From positions 1-28,061 of the forward strand of contig JAULVA010000247.1 in the NCBI GenBank assembly GCA_032111275.1: 28,061 nucleotides of DNA, in the 5' to 3' direction. Numbering within the stretch: the stretch's first letter is position 1; every line of letters starts with the position of its first letter. Both the position numbers and the translations under genes were made by a program. Below the pieces are notes generated by a model. It was not told where the DNA came from, did no database searches, and saw only the letters and a list, made by a program, of their open reading frames with translations. This DNA comes from Bdellovibrionota bacterium. Lineage in GTDB: Bacteria; Bdellovibrionota_C; UBA2361; OMII01. This document shows positions 8,506 to 15,169 of the stretch, piece by piece.

Positions 8506-9567
8506 TTACCACTGTATACCGAGGAAGAGAGAATTGAGTCCTGAGCCGAATCCGGTCATCATGATCTTGTCTCCCTTCTTAATCCCCTTCTGCTCAATTC
8601 CGATAGCCGTCGCCGTCGGGCATGCCGCTGACACGAGATTTCCACGATTCTGGTAGATGGTGAACTCCTTGGTGTGGTCGAGACCAAGGGTGTTGTAGAA
8701 GGCCTCGTTTACCTGTCGACCAACCTGATGGCAGAAGATGTGATCCACATCATCCCGAGTCCACTCAAGGGCCTCAGACGCGTCCTTCCATGTACGCTGA
8801 CCGAGAACGGCGGCCGCGGCGATGAGCTTCGAAGACTCCGTCTCCATGACCGGACCGAGCGGAGGTCCATCAACCAAATGATAATCGGTGTTGCCTACGC
8901 ACAGATCACAGTGCTCAGTAGCTGAGCGAGTCGCGCCACCAAGGATCTTGTGTCCTGTCTTTGAGATGCTCTCATGCGTGAGAACATACGCCACAGCGCC
9001 GGAACCGATTGTGAAAGTTGGAAGTAAGCGAAGGAGCTTATCGCGGGGGAGATCTTTCCCCTCAAGGATATTCCTGAAGGCGTTGTCGAGAATGACGCGA
9101 GTGTGTTCAGCGGAGACAACTACTCCCGCCTTAACGATACCTGACTCGATCAACTGGCCAAGAAAATAGAGACCATCCATGAAACCGAGGCACGCGTTAC
9201 TGATATCGAGCGCGATACCATCCTCTGGAAGAGCGAGATTTCGGTGGATAAGGCATCCTGTCGCTGGCTCGAAGAAGTCACGAGTAACGGAGCAGCTGAA
9301 GAGCGCTCGAATATCCTTGTCAGCGAGACCGGAATTATCGATCGCCTGACGCACAACCTGAGTACCGAGACCGCTCGGTCGCTCACTGGCATCCCACAAT
9401 CTACGGGAGCTGATTCCTGTGAGGCGCTCAAGGGTTCCAAAAGGGATACCGAGTTGTTGGTATACGCCGCTAAGCTTGTCTTCGATCTCGGCGGAGCTTA
9501 CCTCAGTCGGAGGGGTTGAGATTGCGTAAGACTCTAAACAAACGTGCTTGAAACGAAATGCGACCAT
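8506..9567 (-). CDS. oleA: OleA, acyl-CoA:acyl-CoA alkyltransferase (FabH/thiolase fold)
   Basis: LERLTGI, FFEPATG (OleA catalytic Glu position), SNACLGF (Cys), HQVG (His), GNLVSA (Asn), GFGSGLN; first gene of the cluster. Confidence 0.92.
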   Translation of the reverse strand: MVAFRFKHVCLESYAISTPPTEVSSAEIEDKLSGVYQQLGIPFGTLERLTGISSRRLWDASERPSGLGTQVVRQAIDNSGLADKDIRALFSCSVTRDFFEPATGCLIHRNLALPEDGIALDISNACLGFMDGLYFLGQLIESGIVKAGVVVSAEHTRVILDNAFRNILEGKDLPRDKLLRLLPTFTIGSGAVAYVLTHESISKTGHKILGGATRSATEHCDLCVGNTDYHLVDGPPLGPVMETESSKLIAAAAVLGQRTWKDASEALEWTRDDVDHIFCHQVGRQVNEAFYNTLGLDHTKEFTIYQNRGNLVSAACPTATAIGIEQKGIKKGDKIMMTGFGSGLNSLFLGIQW

Positions 9568-9603
9568 AAGCGAAATTTAATCCCCGCGGAACGACCGATA
9601 AAA

Positions 9604-9690
9604 GTGTTGCAGGAGTATCACATTCAGCGGCTAGGAACAAATAGTTGGACCGGCAATCCGGGAGGCGGAGGACGACCTGAAGGAGAGACG
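9604..9690 (+). ncRNA. Candidate GGA-rich small RNA (Csr/Rsm-sponge-like), divergent from oleA
   Basis: Seven GGA triplets in 9612-9684, several in predicted short hairpin loops; ACCGATAA (sigma28 -10-like) at 9594-9601. No expression evidence and no clear 3' end. Confidence 0.25.
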
Positions 9691-9858
9691 CCCCTCTACC
9701 CTCTGCGCAGAACTCAATCGAGTCAGAGAGCGAAGATATTCAGTGTGTTAGCTAATCCCTGGTAAAGTTTTCTGGCATTTCAACATCTTGCGTCCCTGCC
9801 GCGGCTAAGGCCATCGATGGTAAGGGCCAGAAAGCGTCGGAGGGAGACCGATAGGTAT

Positions 9859-9895
9859 AAAAAAAGCCCTCGACCCACATCAGTAGGTCGAGGGC
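9859..9895 (-). terminator. Rho-independent terminator of the mini-flagellin gene
   Basis: Perfect 10-bp stem GCCCTCGACC/GGTCGAGGGC (9866-9895) followed on the minus strand by T7 (9859-9865), 15 nt after the stop. Confidence 0.85.
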
Positions 9896-9910
9896 GTTGT
9901 CTCAGGTACG

Positions 9911-10360
9911 CTAGGACCTCAGGAGGCGTTCCACGGTCGTGAGGTTCAGCATCTCAGCTGGAGCCTCCCGAGCCGATAGGTCATTATCGACGATTCTCCG
10001 CTGCAACTCCTCCGCCAGCCGCGCGGCTGCGTCCACATCTCTCACCGAGGTAGCCGAGGCGCCGATATTGGCCTCTTGAACCTCTTTGGACACTTCAGCA
10101 AGAGAATTGAGCGCAAACGTCGATTTCGAATTGTCATCAACAGCATCTTGTAGTCTGGCAAGTCTGGGATTATCCGCGGAGCGCCCCTGAGGGGAGCTAT
10201 TGGTTACCTGGACCTGATTAAAGATACTGCCCCTCGATGACCCCATCGAGGACCGTTTGCCGGGTGAATCAGCGCTCGAACTCGCTGCCGTCATAGAGGA
10301 AAGCCTCTTGAACGCGGGCGAGCGGCGAGACGCGGAAGGGTCAAAGTCATAATTACCCAT
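9911..10360 (-). CDS. Flagellin-derived mini-protein (149 aa): C-terminal D0-like helix plus degenerate N-terminal motif
   Basis: ANIGASATSVRDVD...RRI...AxA...VERLLR is in register with the flagellin C-terminus (ENLxAAESRIRDVD...I...AQA...LLR); KRLSSMTAASSSADSP resembles ERLSSGxRINSAADD. Has an SD and its own terminator. Confidence 0.6.
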   Translation of the reverse strand: MGNYDFDPSASRRSPAFKRLSSMTAASSSADSPGKRSSMGSSRGSIFNQVQVTNSSPQGRSADNPRLARLQDAVDDNSKSTFALNSLAEVSKEVQEANIGASATSVRDVDAAARLAEELQRRIVDNDLSAREAPAEMLNLTTVERLLRS

Positions 10361-10406
10361 GATACAACCTCACTGTCACAGTGATCGGATGAGCAGAATT
10401 ACTCAC
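10353..10406 (-). CDS. Candidate 17-aa upstream ORF MSNSAHPITVTVRLYHG overlapping the mini-flagellin start
   Basis: AGGAGGTGA (10420-10412) 5 nt before GTG; its TAA lies within codons 2-3 of the 10360 ORF. Confidence 0.3.
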   Translation of the reverse strand: MSNSAHPITVTVRLYHG

Positions 10407-10518
10407 GCCTTTCACCTCCTACTGTAGATTAAATGAACTCTCGTGCACTGCGCGGCACAACGAACTACCTCCGAAGACCTCGGCACGGGAGCTTATTCAA
10501 CGCATGACTACATTCCTA

Positions 10519-10716
10519 CCTGCCTGGCAGGGTGGTGAAAAAAGATTTCCTCCTGCGCATCTTGATAGTTTGACTGCAACTTCGTTGGAGATATCGAAAA
10601 AATCCTAAACGTATCCCAGAGGATACGTCTCCGGTTTTTTCGCCATCTCCGCCTCGTTTCGTCTAAACTCTCAAAATGCTCGCGACGGACCCTGTTTTCA
10701 CCACCCTGCTAGGCAG
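10519..10716. mobile_element. ~198-bp imperfect palindrome, MITE-like (ERIC/Correia-type architecture)
   Basis: Terminal IR 10521-10541 vs 10695-10715 (20/21); inner IR 10587-10616 vs 10621-10650 (23/30) around a CAGA loop; intervening arms also align; TA on both flanks (10517-18, 10717-18); no ORF. Confidence 0.6.
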
Positions 10717-10742
10717 TATCGGCGCGATATCTGGTTACTGAA
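10716..10742 (-). promoter_or_regulatory. Sigma28 (FliA)-like promoter pointing towards the mini-flagellin gene
   Basis: TTCAGTAA-N11-GCCGATAC vs consensus TAAAGTTT-N11-GCCGATAA (-10 matches 7/8, -35 only 4/8). Confidence 0.45.
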
Positions 10743-10829
10743 TGTTTCGAAGCTAACCCGGCTCAGAAAAAAACATGCCGGCCCTCATTTTTTCCCGTTG
10801 AGGACAAAAAACCACCTAAACACATGAAA

Positions 10830-11461
10830 CTACTGCCGCAACAATTGAAGATGCGGAACCCCCAGCCCCCCAACCATGAGACGGGTATTATTCACCATAT
10901 CCGCGTATAGCCCTCGGCTCGTCATCAGGTCCGGGTGACTCCCCGACTCGGCGATCCGCCCCCCTTGGAGTACGAAGATCTGGTCGCAATCCGCGACCGA
11001 TGAGACCTTATGCGTCACCAGAATAATAGTGCGATCCTTTCGTAATCACTGATTACTCGGTACATAGTGTCGCCCTGAGCTTTATCTCGATGCCACGGGA
11101 CACCAAGAGCCTGCAGATGCTCGAAGACGCTAGCGCGCAGCCGACGGGTACCACGATACTTAATGATAGCGCTCAGTATCCCTCGACACATGAACACTAC
11201 CTCCTGAAGCACTTTGATCAGCAACCCTCCGATCGCGATCGTTACAACCTGCTCCATCCGAGACTCTCCAGTTAGCGAAAAGATCGCTTGAGCCGGAAGG
11301 CTAATCTTTGGCGTCGGAGCTAACACCGCGTCGATCAGGATAGCGAGGGGCCATGCTCCGCAGAGGTTGAGCAGCACCGACAATCCAATCAGAGCTAACA
11401 AGAGAACCATCAGGTAAACTTCAGTTCGAAAAAACGAGATAGCTCGAATGATCATGGTCAT
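10830..11461 (-). pseudogene. ABC exporter (MsbA-like TMD-NBD fusion) with large internal deletion and frameshift
   Basis: First ~139 codons are TMD (WPLAILID...LRASVFEHLQAL...GDTMYRVISD). At ~11045 the sequence continues in another frame as LRKDRTIILVTHKVSSVADCDQIFVLQGGRIAESGSHPDLMTSRGLYA (NBD tail from the H-loop). Walker A, signature and Walker B are absent. Confidence 0.9.
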
Positions 11462-11672
11462 GACGCGCCCTATGTAAACCTACATCGCTCCGTCAACACG
11501 AAGCTAAAACCCTCAAGAGACCAGCAACCCACCGGCGGCGACAGCACCTCTATGATCGCCCTTAGTCTCCGCATCTCTGGGCGCAAACTGTAAGGAGCGC
11601 TTCGAACGATGTAAAGCAAGCCCATGCGCGAAAAGAGGAGTCTTCTGTTTTCAATTCGCGCGAAATTCCAGT

Positions 11673-11714
11673 GACAGATATCAACCGACAGATATCAACT
11701 GACAGATCTCATAC
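11673..11714. repeat. Three tandem 14-bp repeats in a divergent intergenic region
   Basis: GACAGATATCAACC / GACAGATATCAACT / GACAGATCTCATAC; near-palindrome AATTCGCGCGAAATT at 11653-11667. Confidence 0.75.
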
Positions 11715-11846
11715 GAGCAGGAAGCCCTCATACCCTATTCTTCTAACCCTTAAGGCGCACGACCGCTCGGTATGCCAGCGAATGTTGTAACGAGCGCTGT
11801 GTATCTCATCCCTCGTGGCAGTAACCTCCGAATTGACAATCACACT

Positions 11847-12929
11847 ATGACCCGACCTCCCTACAACATCAGCGAAGAGCGCCCCGCTCGAGTGGCGATT
11901 TTGCGCGCGCTCAAGTTAGGAGATCTGCTGTGCTTCATTCCGGCGGTGCGAGCTCTGAAAGCGGCATCACCTGATTCCTCGGTTACCTTGATCGGTCTGC
12001 CATGGGCGCGCCCCTTCGCCCGGAGGTTCTCGATGTATTTCGATGACTTCATTGAATTTCCCGGCTGGCCGGGAGTTCCGGAACGCCCAATTGATTACCC
12101 GCGCATCCCGCAATTTCTCGCGTCGGCTCAACGAGCTCCTTTTGACCTCGCGCTTCAGTGCCATGGGAGCGGATCCCATGTAAATGATATCGTCACCCTT
12201 CTTCATGCCAAACATTCCGCGGGGTTTCATCAGCCATCGGACGGTATCACTAACCTGGATAGCTGGATCCCCTATCCAGCATACCAACCGGAGATCTGGA
12301 GGTGGCTCGACCTCGTGTGTCACCTCGGCGGATCGTTCGCTGGCGACCACCTCGAATTTCCATTATCGGAGGAGGATTTCGATGATCTCGCCCCGATCCT
12401 TCCACGCGGGATCCTCGACCGTCCCTACATCATCGCGCACATCGGCGCCACAACCCGTCGCGACCAACTTTGGGGCGTTCATAACTTCGCGAAGGTTGCC
12501 CGGCACCTGTACCACAAAGGATATGAGATTATTTTGACCGGCACACAAGAGGAGCAGGACCTCGTCCGAACGCTCAAAGAGATGTGCGAGATACCTGCCA
12601 TCAGTGTCTGTGGTCAAACATCTCTCGGAAGTCTCGGTGCGCTCACACGAAACGCCTCATTACTCATATCTCACGATACCGGCGTCGCTCACCTCGCGGT
12701 GGCGGTCGACACCCCAAGCGTGATCATCCATAACCGCTCGCAGACACTGGGCTGGCCCCCGTTGAACAGGATTCGTCACCGCTTCCTGTCCAGCTTCGAG
12801 CCGTTGCGACCAGCGATAGTCATCGAGGAGATCGAGGAGCTCCTCTCCTGGAGATACTCACGACCAAAGCCCCCCGTCTCCTCGTCCGCGACCATCGACT
12901 CGTTTCCCAACTCGCAGGAAATGCTATGA
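11847..12929 (+). CDS. Glycosyltransferase family 9 (ADP-heptose:LPS heptosyltransferase-like)
   Basis: RALKLGDLLC, FDLALQCHGSG, AHIGA, LTGTQEE, GQTSLGSLGAL, SHDTGVAHLAVAVDTPSV. Start 11847 preferred over 11772; stop overlaps the next ATG (ATGA). Confidence 0.9.
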   Translation: MTRPPYNISEERPARVAILRALKLGDLLCFIPAVRALKAASPDSSVTLIGLPWARPFARRFSMYFDDFIEFPGWPGVPERPIDYPRIPQFLASAQRAPFDLALQCHGSGSHVNDIVTLLHAKHSAGFHQPSDGITNLDSWIPYPAYQPEIWRWLDLVCHLGGSFAGDHLEFPLSEEDFDDLAPILPRGILDRPYIIAHIGATTRRDQLWGVHNFAKVARHLYHKGYEIILTGTQEEQDLVRTLKEMCEIPAISVCGQTSLGSLGALTRNASLLISHDTGVAHLAVAVDTPSVIIHNRSQTLGWPPLNRIRHRFLSSFEPLRPAIVIEEIEELLSWRYSRPKPPVSSSATIDSFPNSQEML

Positions 12930-13424
12930 GACGCCTTAAGATATTCACGTGGCACATTCACGGTAGCTACCTGTACTATCTGTCCCAACTCGATCACGAT
13001 ATTTTCATCCCGATAACGTCAGACCGCTCTCTCGGTTACTATCGATCGAGAGGCGGTCCTAAGTCCCGAGCAACGGAACGGTCCTCAGATTTACATCGAG
13101 CACGACCCGCCGCGTGAAAGCCCAACCGATACTTGCCACATCGTGGATGATCCGAATGTGCTACTCGTTCATGTCACTCCATTTAATGAGCTGATGTGGA
13201 ATAATAATCAAACTTCCACTCACGTGATTGAGCACGGGGTGCTCGTTCCGCCGCATATTCGCTACACCGGAGATCTCTCGCGCGCGTGCGTCGTGATTAA
13301 CAATCTCCGTGCCAGGGGGCGCCGGCTCGGACTCGATATCTATCAAGAAGCCAAGGGGATATTTCCCATAGATCTTGTTGGCATGTGCTGGGATCAGGTC
13401 GATGGGATCGGAGAGCGGTCCCAT
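12926..13424 (+). pseudogene. GT4-type glycosyltransferase, internally deleted and 3'-truncated
   Basis: MRRLKIFTWHIHGSYLYYLSQ...LGY ends at ~13040; frame +1 continues IDREAVLSPEQR...YIEHDPPRESPTDTCHIVDDPNVLLVHVTPFNELMW...HGVLVP...RRLGLD...DLVGM...GIGERSH to ~13424. The donor-binding E-x7-E half is missing. Confidence 0.8.
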
Positions 13425-13530
13425 TACGATCGAGGAGACACTCGCTAAAAGGGCGGACGCTATCATAGCCGAGTGTCCGCAAGATCGAGAGGATCTGATC
13501 GCGCTCTACAACGCCGACCCAAGTCGGGTA
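13423..13530 (+). pseudogene. 36-codon internal fragment of a second GT4 (MshA-like)
   Basis: ITIEETLAKRADAIIAECPQDREDLIALYNADPSRV, the mid-protein segment of MshA-like GT4s; no start or end of its own. Confidence 0.7.
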
Positions 13531-13531
13531 G

Positions 13532-13858
13532 GATTGCTATTTCTGCCCTCATCGAAGTGACGCAACGGTACCAAACTATCGGGTTACCTGTGATTGCCGA
13601 AAGCCCAACCCAGGAATGTTCATCACCGCAGCTCGTCAACACCAGATCACGCTGCGTGACTCATGGATGATCGGGGATATCTTGGACGATATTGAAGCGG
13701 GGAACCGCGCAGGTTGTCGCGCCATCCTTCTCGATAACGGCAATGAGACCGAGTGGCGGGTTGATAGCGCGGAGCGAACACCCGATTTCACCGTTGCCTC
13801 AATTAACGAGGCGTGTCGTATCGTGGTCGAGGCACGTTACGCCAGAGAGGTCCAATGA
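13532..13858 (+). pseudogene. C-terminal half of a GmhB-like HAD-IIIA phosphatase
   Basis: DCYFCPH...TCDCRKPNPGM...SWMIGDILDDIEAGNRAGC; in-frame TAG at 13529-31; the N-terminal DxD nucleophile motif is absent. Confidence 0.88.
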
Positions 13859-14949
13859 GTTGGGATACCGCTCGCGACGTCCTCTGTGTGAGGCTAGACC
13901 AGATGGGTGACGTGTTGATGACGACCCCTGCCCTTCGAGCCGTTCGAGGATCGCGTTGCCGCCGAGTTACCCTCCTCACCTCATCCGCCGGTGCCGTTGT
14001 GGCGCGCCACATTCCCGAGGTGTCGGATATTATCGTCTACGATCCCCCCAGGATGAAGCACTCCTTCCATCGCCCCGATGCGCGTGAGGACCTCGCCATC
14101 ATCGAGACACTTCGGGCCCGCCGATTCGACGCCGGGATTATTTTCAACGTCTTCTCGCAAAGCCCCCTCTCCGCGGCATTACTCCTCTACCTGGCGGAGA
14201 TACCCCTTCGCCTCGCGCTGTCACGAGAGAATGCTTATGCGCTGCTCACTGATTGGATCCCCGACACCGAAGCCGCCAACGGAATACGGCACGAGGTAAG
14301 ACGGCAACTCGACCTCGTGAGAGTTGTCGGGTGGGAACATTCGGATGAGAGACTCTCGTTCACTATCCCGGTTGGAGTATCGCAACGCGTGACCTCCCTC
14401 ATTCAGAGCCTCGGCTTACGATCCTCATGGATGGTCGTGCATCCCGGAGCTTCGGCGTCATCACGACGCTACCCGCCATATCTGTTCGCCAAAGCGCTTC
14501 GCATCATTCTCAAAAGCGGCTGGCAGGTCATCTTCACCGGTAGCCTTGAGGAGGTTCCCCTGATCGAAGAGATTCGCGCGGCACTCCCACCAGAAACCAT
14601 ATCGCTGGCCGGAAAGCTCTCACTACCCGAACTAGCCGCTCTTATCGACCAAGCGCCACTTCTGCTCACCAACAACACCGGGCCCAGCCACATCACGGCT
14701 GCGGTCGGAACTCCGGTCGTTACGTTGTATGCCTTAACCAACCCCCAACATACGCCGTGGCAGGTCCCATCTATCGTACTCTCGCACGATGTCCCGTGCC
14801 GCAATTGCCTTAAGAGCGTGTACCCCGAGGGACACAACCATTGCCTCACCCTCATTGAGCCTCGTGATGTCGCTCAGGCATGTATTCACCTTTTTGATGC
14901 GACAACCAAATCGTTATACGGGGGGCACTATGCTTACACTGGGGATTAA
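13855..14949 (+). CDS. Glycosyltransferase family 9 (WaaF-like)
   Basis: VRLDQMGDVLMTTPALRA, VHPGASASSRRYP, LAGKLSLPELAAL, TNNTGPSHITAAVGTPVV; ATG13855 overlaps the GmhB-remnant stop. Confidence 0.9.
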   Translation: MSWDTARDVLCVRLDQMGDVLMTTPALRAVRGSRCRRVTLLTSSAGAVVARHIPEVSDIIVYDPPRMKHSFHRPDAREDLAIIETLRARRFDAGIIFNVFSQSPLSAALLLYLAEIPLRLALSRENAYALLTDWIPDTEAANGIRHEVRRQLDLVRVVGWEHSDERLSFTIPVGVSQRVTSLIQSLGLRSSWMVVHPGASASSRRYPPYLFAKALRIILKSGWQVIFTGSLEEVPLIEEIRAALPPETISLAGKLSLPELAALIDQAPLLLTNNTGPSHITAAVGTPVVTLYALTNPQHTPWQVPSIVLSHDVPCRNCLKSVYPEGHNHCLTLIEPRDVAQACIHLFDATTKSLYGGHYAYTGD

Positions 14950-15169
14950 CGCGGCATTTCATGACTCGTCCGCCGCGCTCTTACGAGATGGCGTGTTGAC
15001 AGCCGCGGCTGAAGAGGTGGCGACGCTGCTCGAGCAAGATGAGGTTATCGGGTGGATGCAGGGAAGAATGGAGTGCGGCCCTCGCGCTCTCGGAGCTCGT
15101 TCAATTCTCGCCTCTCCGCTTGACGAGCTCGTCATCGGGAGATTTGTGATTGAGAAACAACGCACATGA
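14930..15169 (+). pseudogene. Carbamoyltransferase (NodU/CmcH family) reduced to 79 aa by two in-frame deletions
   Basis: MLTLGINAAFHDSSAALLRDGVLTAAAEE | VATLLEQDEVIGWMQGRMECGPRALGARSILASP | LDELVIGRFVIEKQRT: the N-terminus, the GRxExGPRALG block and the extreme C-terminus joined in one frame. Confidence 0.92.

Noticed and set aside
9544-9765. 73-aa + strand ORF
   Set aside because: Overlaps the oleA start antisense, has no SD and no recognisable motif.
9780-9830. GGGACGCAAG on the minus strand as a c-di-GMP-I riboswitch upstream of oleA
   Set aside because: Lacks the upstream GGCAAA and GNRA-capped P2 stem.
11833-11838. TTGACA as a -35 box for the GT9 operon
   Set aside because: Only 8 nt before the ATG, so the -10 would fall inside the CDS.
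12926-13858. Programmed frameshifting or sequencing indels as the explanation of the broken GT region
   Set aside because: Whole conserved blocks are missing and three different gene families are joined; simple indels would leave them present.
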